The notes beneath the pieces are model-generated. The model did no database searches. It saw only the letters and a list, made by a program, of their open reading frames with translations, and was not told the origin of the DNA. This document shows positions 1 through 9,624 of a stretch of 64,000 nucleotides of DNA, one piece after another. The DNA is from Gemmatimonadales bacterium. GTDB lineage: Bacteria; Gemmatimonadota; Gemmatimonadetes; Gemmatimonadales; GWC2-71-9. The DNA lies in the NCBI GenBank assembly GCA_965249575.1, contig OZ252244.1:3680001-3744000 (forward strand), in the 5' to 3' direction. The position numbers and the translations under genes are program-made. The number at the start of each line of letters is the position of its first letter. Position 1 is the stretch's first letter.

Positions 1-1
1 A

Positions 2-1168
2 CGCCTCCTGCCCGATTTGATCGACCGCGGCGTGCGAGTCACGACGAACGCGGGTGGCGTGAATCCGAAGGCGTGTGCCGATGCGGTGGCTGCTGCAGCG
101 CGGGAGCGCGGCTTGTCGGGCAAACTGCGAATCGGGATCGTCTCGGGTGACGACCTCGTGGACCGGCTCGATGACCTAATCGATCGGGGGCACGCGCTGC
201 GGAACATGGACACGGAACAGCCGCTGTCGGAGATTCACCACGCGGTCACGAGCGCGAATGCGTATCTGGGTGCGTGGCCGGTGGTGGAAGCGCTCCGGGG
301 CGGGGCACAGATCGTGGTCACCGGCCGCGTCACCGACACCGGCCTGACACTCGGCCCAATGATAAACGCGTTTGATTGGCCCGAGGGCGCATGGGATCTG
401 TTTGCCGCGGGAACGGTGGCGGGTCATATCATCGAATGCGGAGCCCAGTGTTCCGGCGGAAACTGCATGGTCGATTGGCGGCGGATCCCAAATCTCGAAG
501 ATCCAGGCTACCCCATCGTCGAGGCGAGCCCCGACGGCTCCTTTGCCGTAACGAAACATCCTGGGACTGGGGGACGGGTCACGGTGGCGTCGGTATCCGA
601 GCAGCTGCTCTACGAGATGGGCAATCCCCGCGAATACATCACGCCTGACTGCATTGCCGACTTCACCACTATCGAGCTCAGCCAACTCGGTCGGGACCGG
701 ATCGGGGTCACGGGCGTCAGGGGTAAGCTTGCCACCGACTCGCTCAAAGTGTCGATCTCCTACTTCTACGGGTACAAGGCGATTGGAACGTTGGTCTATG
801 CCTGGCCCGACGCCTTGGAAAAGGCGAAGCGGGCTGACCAGATTCTGCGGAAGCGGCTCGATCGCCTCGGGCTCGAATTCGAACAGATTCTCACGGAGTT
901 CGTGGGAGCCGATGCGACGCATGGCCGGCTCGCGGGCGCACCCCATGCCGACCTCGCCGAAGTACAGTTGCGGATCGGCGTTCGCGCACGGGATCGAGCG
1001 CCCGTAGAGCGGTTTAGCCGCGAAATCGCGCCCCTCATCCTGAACGGCCCACCCAGCGTGACGGGTTTCGCTGGGGGGCGCCCCAAAGTCGAAGAGATCG
1101 TGGCGTATTGGCCGGCGCTGTTGGCAAAATCCGAGGTCCATCCCCGCGTCGAGTTCGTCGACGTCTGA
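2..1168 (+). CDS. Acyclic terpene utilization AtuA-family protein (DUF1446), 5'-partial
   Basis: Frame is open to the window edge. Motifs NAGGVNP, SANAYLGA, VVTGRVTD, AGHIIECGAQCSGGN, EQLLYE and YITPD are typical of AtuA/DUF1446. Confidence 0.85.
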   Translation, partial: RLLPDLIDRGVRVTTNAGGVNPKACADAVAAAARERGLSGKLRIGIVSGDDLVDRLDDLIDRGHALRNMDTEQPLSEIHHAVTSANAYLGAWPVVEALRGGAQIVVTGRVTDTGLTLGPMINAFDWPEGAWDLFAAGTVAGHIIECGAQCSGGNCMVDWRRIPNLEDPGYPIVEASPDGSFAVTKHPGTGGRVTVASVSEQLLYEMGNPREYITPDCIADFTTIELSQLGRDRIGVTGVRGKLATDSLKVSISYFYGYKAIGTLVYAWPDALEKAKRADQILRKRLDRLGLEFEQILTEFVGADATHGRLAGAPHADLAEVQLRIGVRARDRAPVERFSREIAPLILNGPPSVTGFAGGRPKVEEIVAYWPALLAKSEVHPRVEFVDV

Positions 1169-1569
1169 TGGGAGCGAAAGGGCGAGCGGGCGTTGGGGCG
1201 ATTGGCAAGCGACGGCCGGTGTCGGATGCGGGTCCAAGGGCGGTGCGACTCGACCGGCTGGCGCACGCACGCAGTGGAGACAAAGGCGACACAGCGAACG
1301 TCGGACTGATTGCCTTGCGGCCCGAGTACTATCCGATACTCGAACGCGAAGTGACGGCGGCAAGAGTCGCCCGGCACTTTCGTGGTATCATCCACGGGCA
1401 CGTCGACCGATTCGAGCTGCCCAACCTCAACGCTCTCAATTTTCTCCTCCATGGCGCGCTCGGTGGCGGAGGGACCCTCTCCCTGAAGACGGACGCCCAG
1501 GGGAAGGTCTATTCCACGGCACTTCTCAGAATGGAGATATCCGTCCCGCGGGGGCTGCGTGTCCGCTGA
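1168..1569 (+). CDS. Stand-alone AtuA C-terminal-like small protein
   Basis: LAHARSGDKGD, RFELPNLNALNF, LGGGG and DAQGK motifs. ATG at 1168 overlaps the upstream TGA; the exact start is uncertain. Confidence 0.8.
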   Translation: MGAKGRAGVGAIGKRRPVSDAGPRAVRLDRLAHARSGDKGDTANVGLIALRPEYYPILEREVTAARVARHFRGIIHGHVDRFELPNLNALNFLLHGALGGGGTLSLKTDAQGKVYSTALLRMEISVPRGLRVR

Positions 1570-2329
1570 ACGAATCATGACTGCTCTCGCAGATGGCGTC
1601 CTGACGGTCACTCTCAATCGCCCCGACAAGCGTAACGCCATCGACCGGCCGATGATCGACGAGATACTCGGGCAACTAGAGCGCACCGAGCTCGATCAAC
1701 AGGTGAGGGTGCTCGCCCTGCGGGGAGCCGGCAAGGATTTCTGTGCCGGCGCGGACCTGGCTGAGTTACTGGCCTCAGCGGACGCGAGCGCGCGAGAGCA
1801 CGTAGAGAATGCCGCCCATCTTGGGAGCGTGTTCGTCAAGATGCGCCAGCTCTCGAAGATCGTGGTCGCGGTGGTGCACGGTCGCGCGCTCGCCGGTGGC
1901 TGTGGGCTGGCAACCGCCTGTGATATCGTGGTGGCGAGCGGCGATGCCCGGTTCGGATATCCCGAGATCCAGCGCGGGTTCGTTCCCGCGATGGTGATGG
2001 CGATACTGGCGCGGTCGGTCGGCGAGAAGGTTGCGTTCGATCTGGTGGCGACGGGGCGCCTCCTCAGCGCGGAGGAGGCGGCTAGCGTGGGAATCGTCTC
2101 TCGCGTGATCGAGCCCACAAGGTTCACGGAAGCAGTCAACGACTTCTTCGAGGGACTTGCATCGTCGAGCCTTTCGGCGCTCGGACTGATCAAACGTCAG
2201 GTCTATGCTCTCGACGGACTCTCGTTCGAGGAATCGATTCGTCTCGGGGCGGATGTAAACGCCGCCGCTCGCGCGACACCGGACTTTCGGGAGGCGGTCG
2301 AGCGGTTTCTGGACAAGACCCGGTCGTGA
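1559..2329 (+). CDS. Enoyl-CoA hydratase/isomerase (methylglutaconyl-/isohexenylglutaconyl-CoA hydratase-like)
   Basis: LNRPDKRNA, FCAGADL, GGCGLATACD and FGYPE crotonase motifs with a single catalytic Glu; coupled to the atuA-like genes. Confidence 0.85.
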   Translation: MSAERIMTALADGVLTVTLNRPDKRNAIDRPMIDEILGQLERTELDQQVRVLALRGAGKDFCAGADLAELLASADASAREHVENAAHLGSVFVKMRQLSKIVVAVVHGRALAGGCGLATACDIVVASGDARFGYPEIQRGFVPAMVMAILARSVGEKVAFDLVATGRLLSAEEAASVGIVSRVIEPTRFTEAVNDFFEGLASSSLSALGLIKRQVYALDGLSFEESIRLGADVNAAARATPDFREAVERFLDKTRS

Positions 2330-2428
2330 CACCGTTGCGTCGTTATTAGAGGACACCGACATAGAATACCGGAGTCACAGGTGCTAGGGTGGGGTTTCAA
2401 GCTCCCGAGGCTGCATGTCCATCGCCCG

Positions 2429-3352
2429 ATGGCCCTGGGCGTTGCACCAGTGTTGGTTGCGGTGTTGGCATGCTCGACGCCCGAACGAAACGGCGAGCGG
2501 GTGATGGATGAATCGGGTCTGGGCACCGTCGTCGTCATGCTCGGCACCGGAACGCCCAACGCGCATCCCGAGCGGATGGGTCCGGCGGTGGCAGTGGTAG
2601 CCAACGGCACCCCGTATTTGATCGACGCGGGAGCGGGCGTCGTGCGGCGAGCCAATCAGGCGAGCCGAGAGGGACAGCCGGCGCTTGCCCCCGAGCGCCT
2701 ACGCCACGTCTTTCTTACTCATTTGCACACCGATCATACACTGGGGTTGGCGGACGTCATGTTCACCCCGTGGGGCCTGGGCAGGTCCGACCCGCTTGAG
2801 GTCTACGGCCCACGTGGCATCAAGGCCATGACCGATCACCTCCTACGGGCGTACCAGGAGGACATCCGCATACGAATCGACGATCTCGAGCCGATCAACG
2901 CGGATGGATACCGGGTCCGGGTACATGAAGTGAAGCCGGGCATCGTGCTCGAGAATGACCACGTGCGCGTGAGTGCGTTCGCGGTGCAGCACGGGTCATG
3001 GCAGGAAGCATACGGATATCGCTTCGATGCGGCTGACCGCTCGATCGTGATTTCCGGCGATGCGAGGCGGAGCCAGAGCGTCGTCGACAGCTGCGCCGGA
3101 TGCGACGTGCTCGTGCACGAGGTGTATTCATATGCCGGCTTCCAGCACCGCACTCCGGACTGGCAGCGATACCACAGCAGCTTTCATACGTCGACGCTCG
3201 AGTTGGGCGAGATCGCCACGCGCGCCAAGCCAAGCGTCGTCGTGCTGTACCATCAGTTGTTTTGGGGGGCGACCTCCGACGATTTGGTGCGGGAGATTGG
3301 AACCGTGTACGATGGACTGGTGGTGTCGGCAGAGGATCTCGATGTCTTCTGA
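2429..3352 (+). CDS. MBL-fold metallohydrolase (RNase Z/arylsulfatase-like), predicted lipoprotein
   Basis: LGTGTP, THLHTDH, SGD, LVHE and YH motifs; N-terminal hydrophobic stretch with VLA-C lipobox. Start set at ATG 2429. Confidence 0.8.
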   Translation: MALGVAPVLVAVLACSTPERNGERVMDESGLGTVVVMLGTGTPNAHPERMGPAVAVVANGTPYLIDAGAGVVRRANQASREGQPALAPERLRHVFLTHLHTDHTLGLADVMFTPWGLGRSDPLEVYGPRGIKAMTDHLLRAYQEDIRIRIDDLEPINADGYRVRVHEVKPGIVLENDHVRVSAFAVQHGSWQEAYGYRFDAADRSIVISGDARRSQSVVDSCAGCDVLVHEVYSYAGFQHRTPDWQRYHSSFHTSTLELGEIATRAKPSVVVLYHQLFWGATSDDLVREIGTVYDGLVVSAEDLDVF

Positions 3353-3388
3353 CGGCGTTGTGGACGGGGGGCTCGTCGCAAGCGGGAG

Positions 3389-4093
3389 GTGGCTCTGACT
3401 TATGCCGGGCCGGCCGGGGCTTTGCCAGGCAGGCGGAATGCGGTTGTTGGAAAGACGGTCGCTGTTCTCGTGCTGCTGTTCGTATTTCTGATTGGGGTCA
3501 AGGGTCTCGGAAACGGCTTCAAGCTTCTGGGGAGTGATGTTCTAGACGTATTCTTTTCTGCCACGACCAACCCGTTCATGGGACTGGTCATCGGCATTCT
3601 CGCCACGACCCTCGTGCAGAGCTCGTCAGTATCCACGTCGATGATCGTTGGACTGGTTGCTGCTCCGGAATCCCCCCTCCCGGTCGCCAACGCCATTCCA
3701 ATGATCATGGGTGCCAATATCGGCACCACGGTGACGAACTCGCTCGTATCGCTCGGGCACCTAGGACGCAAGGACGAATTCCGACGCGCGTTCTCTGTCG
3801 CAACGTGTCACGACTTCTTCAATTTCACTTCCGTCGGCATCCTGCTGCCGTTCGAGCTCGCGACGGGGTTCCTACGGCGCTCATCCAGTTTTTTGAGCTC
3901 CGCGTTGGGCGGCTTTGAAGGAGGCGGCTTCGACACCCCCGTGCGGCGGCTGATCAGCGCGGGCTTCGACCCCATCGAGGCCTTGGCGGAACGGCTGGCG
4001 GGGAGTGGGACGGGACATGGAATCGCCATCATCGTGCTCCGGATCGAGCGTGACCCGTCCTGCTCCCCCGTTCAGCGCGCTAGGGTTCGATAA
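3389..4093 (+). pseudogene. Na+/Pi cotransporter (NptA/PNaS family), C-terminally truncated
   Basis: Only the first QSSS repeat (VQSSSVSTS, MGANIGTT) is present. The sequence stops looking like a membrane protein after about 4038. Confidence 0.7.
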
Positions 4094-4327
4094 GTACACG
4101 GCGGGCGCTGCGATCGCCGTCGGGGCGGCATTCGCGTTTCCTCTCTAACGTTGGCTGGATCGAAGAAACGCCGCAGTTTCCCCCAATAGCGTTGTATGGG
4201 GACTAGGCCTGCGGTACGGCGCGGTAATGACCGGTGCCGGCGTTCACTGGGTGATGAGGTCGGTGCCGCAGCGACCACTCTCTCACATGTGAACGCGATT
4301 CATTGCTCCCCATCACAGCCGCGCGTC

Positions 4328-5536
4328 GTGCCGGACTTGGAATCAGCGCGGCAAGTCTTGCAGGCTGTGTGAGGACACAGTGACTTTCGCGCAGGTCAGC
4401 GGCGTGCCGTACTCGCCCTCCTCCATGGTCGAGACTGCCTGGCGGTCCTCCCAACCGGGGGCGGGAAGTCCATTTGCTTCCAAGTACCGGCACTGGCTCT
4501 TCCCGGACTGGCGGTCGTAGTCTCACCACTCATTTCGCGCATGCAGGATCAGGTCGGGCAACTGCGCTCCAGGGGGGTACCGGCCGCATACCTGAGCAGT
4601 ACGCAACGACCGGGAGTCCAGGCATCAGTTTGGGAAGCGGTGCGAACCGGCCGCCTCAAGCTGCTATACCTGTCACCCGAACGCGCCGGACATCTCACTA
4701 CCCAAGCGCCGCGAATCGACACGTCCATCTTCGCCGTCGATGAGGCGCATTGCATCAGCGAGTGGGGGCACGATTTCCGTCCTGACTACCGACGTCTGGG
4801 TCGCGTGCGGCTTGCGCTCGGGCTTCCGCCAACGATCGCGGTCACTGGAACGGCCACCCCCGTGACTCAGCTGGACGTGATGCGATCGCTCTCCCTCACG
4901 CGGCCCGTGCGCATCGTCCGTTCGTTCGATAGGACGAACCTGCATCTTGCCGTCAGCCGGGTCGACCAGGAATCCAGCCGCCTTCGGACAGCCGCCCGGC
5001 TCATCCGGTCCCGGCCGGGGAGTGCCATCGTCTACGTCCCGACGCGCGGTCGCACGGACGGTGTGGCAACGGTGCTCAGGACGTGGGGGATCAACGCCGC
5101 TCCATACCACGGCGCGTTGCCGGGGCCCGCGCGCCGCTCGCTGCTGTCCAGATTCCTCGACGGGCGGGTTCGGGTGATCGTGGCCACGAGCGCGTTTGGA
5201 ATGGGCATCGACAAGGCCGACGTGCGCACCGTCGTACACCTAGGAGTGCCTCAGCGGCCGGAGGCCTACCTTCAGGAGGCGGGCAGAGCAGGACGCGATG
5301 GGGTGCCGGCGGTGTGCTGGCTTCTGTGGCGCCGCGGGGACTTGGAGGTAGCCACCACTCTCGCGATGTCGGGGCTGAAAGGCCGGCGACCATCGCCAGC
5401 CCACCGGCTCGCCGTGGAGCGCGGACTGGTCACCATGAACCGGTACCTCCACACGCGGCGGTGTCGCCGGAGAATCCTGCTGTCGTACCTCGGTCAAGAG
5501 ATGAAGGCGTGTTCCGGCTGCGATAGGTGCCGTTGA
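4328..5536 (+). pseudogene. recQ: RecQ-family helicase (short form) with in-frame TGA at 4370-4372
   Basis: From GTG 4328 the frame reads MPDLESARQVLQAV*GHSDFRAGQ...LPTGGGKSICFQVP...SPLIS, continuous with ORF 4541-5536 (DEAHCISEWGHDFRPDY, QEAGRAGRDG, C-terminal Cys zinc site). Confidence 0.8.
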
Positions 5537-5657
5537 CGCCGGCCCTCTCTTCAGCCGTTACCAGTCCACCGCCGCGGGTCCGCGAGAGGTCACGCGAGGC
5601 CGAGCGCGGTTAAACTGGACCAACCTGGTGGGCTGAACTAACTTAGGACCAACCATC

Positions 5658-7268
5658 ATGCTCGACCAACACAAATTCGCTGTGCTTCTGGCACGCCTCG
5701 TCGACCTCGTGCGCCGTACGCCGGATCAGGTGGACGAGCAGAAGGCGGCGCTTCAATCGCTGCTTCAGCTTGCAGAGGCTGGGAGTTCCGCGCTCCGGTG
5801 GGGCGAGGGCGGGCTGTACGTTGAAGGAGTGGCGGTGCCACCCGACCTACCGCTGGTCTCCGCTCTCCACACCCAACTCGCCGCACACGGGGTCGGGGCT
5901 CTTCACGTTGCCCAGGGGCTGATGGCTGCCGACGCCATGGTCCTCGTACGGGGTCTGGCCGCGGTTCCGGAAATGGAGGGGCAGGCGAGTGAGGCGCTCG
6001 CGGCGCAGCTCCATGACGCAGGAGTAAGTGGCATCTTCGTCGTCTCGCGAGACAGGGTGCAGGCGGCGAGCCAGCTGGAGGGCGGCCGGGTGACCGGGGC
6101 GATCCAGGGGGCGGGCTTGGTTTCCGGAGAGCCCCTGGCACCGATGCCCCCGGCCAGTGAAAAGGAAGCGGAGGACCCCGACGTACTCCCGGTGCAAGAT
6201 GCTGCCGTGTACAAGCAAATGCTCGACCACCAGCAGGCGGCTACTCTTTCACTCCCGGCGGCGTTGGGCCTGCTCCGCAGCCAACCGGACGGTCCGGGCG
6301 TATCGGAGGGCCTTAACGTCGTCCTGATTGGTATCCGGGACGCCGTCCACACCAATCGTATGGAGGAGGCGGTTGACGCGTTTCTCACCGTCATACGGCT
6401 CGAGAAGAACATGCCGGAGAGTGGCGTCCGCAGAACTTACGAGCTCGCGCTTGCCCGCATTCTCGTGGACGAGATGCTCAAACCGCTAGCCAGCGTCCTG
6501 CTTGATCCTCTGTATACGCGCGACGTGGCCGAGATCATGGCGCGCGCCGGTTCGGGGGGGACGCAGCATCTACTCCATAAGCTCGTTTCGGCACCATCGT
6601 TCGCCGAGCGGAGGGTGCTTCTCGAGGTGCTCAGCGACATGAAGGACGGCAAAGAGATGGTCGTGGCAATGTTGAAGCAGCCGGACTGGTTTGTCGTCAG
6701 GAATGTGGCTGACTTGGCGGGAGAGCTGCGGCTTCAAGAGGCAATCCCGCAGCTTGGCAAGCTGGTTGAGCACAAAGACGGTCGCGTTCGTCGATCCGCG
6801 GCCCTCGCGCTGGCCAAGGTTGGAACGCCGGAATGTGCATTGCACCTCGTAAAGGCGGTTCACGACGACGATCCTCAGGTCCGCTCAGGCGCCGCACAGG
6901 GGATCGGCGGCCGGGTGTTTGGTGCCCTGTTAATGCAACTCCTGACGGCGGTCGAAAAGGAGGAACATCCGGCGATTCAGCTCGAGCAGTACAAGGCGCT
7001 CGGCCGAATTGGCACGCCGGATGCCATTCAGGGACTCAAGAATGCGGCGGAGCCCGGTGGGCGGATCGTCGGGCGACGTCCTGTAGGCCCACGCCTCGCC
7101 GCCATCGAGGGGCTCGCGTTGGCTGGAGGCGAACCAGTCATGGCGGTGCTGAGAGATCTGAAGGACGATCGGGATGCTGACGTGCGGAAGGCCGCCGAGA
7201 AGGCGCTCGGGCGGTTGTTGCTGCCGCAGGGCGGTGCCTCAGGAAGCCAAAAAGGTCGCGGCTCCTAG
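5658..7268 (+). CDS. HEAT-repeat domain-containing protein
   Basis: C-terminal tandem HEAT-like repeats (WFVVRNVADLAGEL, DGRVRRSAALALAKVG, DPQVRSGAAQGIG, DADVRKAAEKALG); AGGA RBS upstream. Confidence 0.75.
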   Translation: MLDQHKFAVLLARLVDLVRRTPDQVDEQKAALQSLLQLAEAGSSALRWGEGGLYVEGVAVPPDLPLVSALHTQLAAHGVGALHVAQGLMAADAMVLVRGLAAVPEMEGQASEALAAQLHDAGVSGIFVVSRDRVQAASQLEGGRVTGAIQGAGLVSGEPLAPMPPASEKEAEDPDVLPVQDAAVYKQMLDHQQAATLSLPAALGLLRSQPDGPGVSEGLNVVLIGIRDAVHTNRMEEAVDAFLTVIRLEKNMPESGVRRTYELALARILVDEMLKPLASVLLDPLYTRDVAEIMARAGSGGTQHLLHKLVSAPSFAERRVLLEVLSDMKDGKEMVVAMLKQPDWFVVRNVADLAGELRLQEAIPQLGKLVEHKDGRVRRSAALALAKVGTPECALHLVKAVHDDDPQVRSGAAQGIGGRVFGALLMQLLTAVEKEEHPAIQLEQYKALGRIGTPDAIQGLKNAAEPGGRIVGRRPVGPRLAAIEGLALAGGEPVMAVLRDLKDDRDADVRKAAEKALGRLLLPQGGASGSQKGRGS

Positions 7269-7537
7269 GGTGGGCGGGGGCGGCATAAGCCCCCACGCTA
7301 CGTCGCGCGTTCGCGACGCGCCGGAACGGGAGCTTTCTCCCTATGACCGGTCGAGCTTAACAGGAGTAACCTTGCGTCCTGTTCGCTGGACGGCGAGGTG
7401 CATGACCGGAAGTATCCCGGGAGGCCGCACCATGAGCATTGTGATAAGCCGTTGCTGACCTGACACTTAGAGTCCGGCGCTTGCTACGGAGAAGCGCGGA
7501 GTGGGCCGCGGAACGAAAGTTGTCCCTCAGGAGTGCC

Positions 7538-8989
7538 ATGGAAACGGTCCCCATTTCTTCACTCTCATTTGACCGGTTCTCCCCGATACTCGGGCCGCGG
7601 GGTGCCGCGCGTCTCCAGGCTACGGTGGGCGACGCTCACGCGCTGCTCGGTGATCGGGTGATCTGGCACATCAACTCCACCAAGTCGGGCGGTGGCGTTG
7701 CGGAGATGCTACAGACGCTTCTGGGATACGAGCGCGGCGCTGGACTCGATGCCCGCTGGCTGGTCATCGAGGGCGAACCCGAGTTCTTTACCTTGACGAA
7801 GCGACTGCATCACCGCCTGCACGGCGAAGACGGAGACGGGGGGCCGCTGGGGGACGCGGAGCACCGTGCGTATGTGCGGGTCGCCAAGCGGAACGCCGAA
7901 CAGGTGCTCAAGCACGTTCGTCCTCGGGACATCGTCATTCTGCACGATCCGCAGACGATTGGCCTTGCAGAAGCTCTGCTGCTCTCCGGCGCGACCGTGA
8001 TTTGGCGCTGCCACATCGGACGCGATACGATGAACCCCGCGCTGAAGGAGGCGTGGGGGTTCCTGAAACCGTACCTCATGCATGCCCACGCCTACGTGTT
8101 CTCGCGCCCGGCCTACGTCCCGCACTGGCTTGGGTTGCAGTCGGTGTTCATTATTCCGCCGGCTATCGACGCTTTTTCCGTGAAGAACGAGCCCATGAGC
8201 CGCTCGTCTTGTCGGACCATTCTGCGGCACATCGGGCTCCTCAAGGGATTGCCCAACGAGTCACCGAATGGGCGGCTGAACTTCAAACGACTCGACGGCT
8301 CGGATGGGCGGGTGACCCGCCGAGCGGAGATCTACCAGACCGCACCGGTTGCCGGGTGGCGAGTGCCGCTGGTCGTCCAGGTGTCCCGGTGGGATCCGTT
8401 GAAGGACATGGCTGGCGTCATGCGGGGGTTCGCCGACCACTTGAAACAGCTCCGCGGCGCGCACCTCGCGCTCGTCGGTCCCGATGTGAGCGGTGTGACT
8501 GACGATCCTGAAGGCGCGGTTGTGCTGCAGGAGTGCGTGGACCAGTGGCGTGCGCTACCGGACGGTGTGCGGGATCGCATCCACCTAGTGTGCCTGCCGA
8601 TGGATGATGGCGAAGAAAACGCCGTGATGGTGAATGCGATTCAACGTCACGCGACAATCGTTGTGCAGAAGAGCCTGCACGAGGGTTTCGGGCTCACGGT
8701 AACGGAAGCCATGTGGAAGGGTCGACCCATCGTAGCGAGCGCGGTTGGCGGTATTCAAGACCAGATTACTGACGGTGTGCATGGGGTACTACTAGACGCT
8801 CCCACGGACCTCGGAGCCTTCGGGGAATCGCTCGCGCTGTTACTTGAGCGACACCAGTTGGCTCGGCGGCTCGCGCGTAACGCCCGCCGGCGGGCGGCGT
8901 CGCGCTTCCTCGGCCCCCGCCAGCTCACCCAGCACGTTGACTTGCTCTACGCGATCGAGGGGAAGGCTCGGGCCCGCCGCGCAGCCTGA
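7538..8989 (+). CDS. GT4 glycosyltransferase, TreT-like trehalose synthase
   Basis: HINSTKSGGGVAEML, HDPQ, WRCHI, QVSRWDPLKD and QKSLHEGFGLTVTEAMWK motifs; AGGAG RBS at 7529-7533. Confidence 0.8.
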   Translation: METVPISSLSFDRFSPILGPRGAARLQATVGDAHALLGDRVIWHINSTKSGGGVAEMLQTLLGYERGAGLDARWLVIEGEPEFFTLTKRLHHRLHGEDGDGGPLGDAEHRAYVRVAKRNAEQVLKHVRPRDIVILHDPQTIGLAEALLLSGATVIWRCHIGRDTMNPALKEAWGFLKPYLMHAHAYVFSRPAYVPHWLGLQSVFIIPPAIDAFSVKNEPMSRSSCRTILRHIGLLKGLPNESPNGRLNFKRLDGSDGRVTRRAEIYQTAPVAGWRVPLVVQVSRWDPLKDMAGVMRGFADHLKQLRGAHLALVGPDVSGVTDDPEGAVVLQECVDQWRALPDGVRDRIHLVCLPMDDGEENAVMVNAIQRHATIVVQKSLHEGFGLTVTEAMWKGRPIVASAVGGIQDQITDGVHGVLLDAPTDLGAFGESLALLLERHQLARRLARNARRRAASRFLGPRQLTQHVDLLYAIEGKARARRAA

Positions 8990-8998
8990 CACCCCCAA

Positions 8999-9418
8999 CT
9001 ACACGAGAAACCGGTCCTTGACCTCGGGTGTGGCCACTCGGCAGGTCTCACGTTTGCCGAACAGGCGATACCTGTTCTGTGCGACTAGATCGTAGATCCA
9101 ATTCCGAAAGAACCGCGGGACTAACACGAGCCCGTACAGGAGAGGCCACGGGAAGTCGAGACCCCTGGCGATGCGAAGCGCAGCGGTGGAGCGTGTGTGG
9201 TAGTGTTTCCCTTCGATCAGGACGATGCTGGATCCGTCCAGGCGTCCCCCATGCCTGAGGTCACCTACCAGTCGTTGGCCGGCGGCCGACTGAAGGGCCG
9301 CAAAGCGAAATTTGCCTCCGCGGTCCCGCGCGATGACGAAGTTCACCCAGGCGTTGCAGAGATTGCAGACCCCGTCAAAGACTACGATGGATCCGCTGAA
9401 CGAAATAACGCGCTGCAT
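8999..9418 (-). CDS. DCC-family thiol-disulfide oxidoreductase (DUF393)
   Basis: FDGVCNLC (DxxCxxC) and YDLVAQNRYRLFGK motifs; start uncertain. Confidence 0.85.
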   Translation of the reverse strand: MQRVISFSGSIVVFDGVCNLCNAWVNFVIARDRGGKFRFAALQSAAGQRLVGDLRHGGRLDGSSIVLIEGKHYHTRSTAALRIARGLDFPWPLLYGLVLVPRFFRNWIYDLVAQNRYRLFGKRETCRVATPEVKDRFLV

Positions 9419-9624
9419 AGAGTGTCGCTTCCTGAACGAGGCGGCCGGGCCGAATCTGGCTATAGGACGCCCAACCACACAAAGCTATCGCCGGGAGCGG
9501 TACCTCGGGAATCGAGCCGCCGGCGGGCGCACGCACATGGCAGGATGACGAGCGTTCGCGCGGGCGAAGGGACGCATTAACTTACCAGGCGACCATCGTC
9601 GGAGTCACCCGCTACCCCAAGACC

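Noticed and set aside
4370..4372. TGA in recQ as selenocysteine or as evidence of a TGA=Trp genetic code
   Set aside because: The position is not a Cys site, and many conserved genes here (rplU, gmk, gap, pgk, tpiA) end at TGA at their expected lengths.
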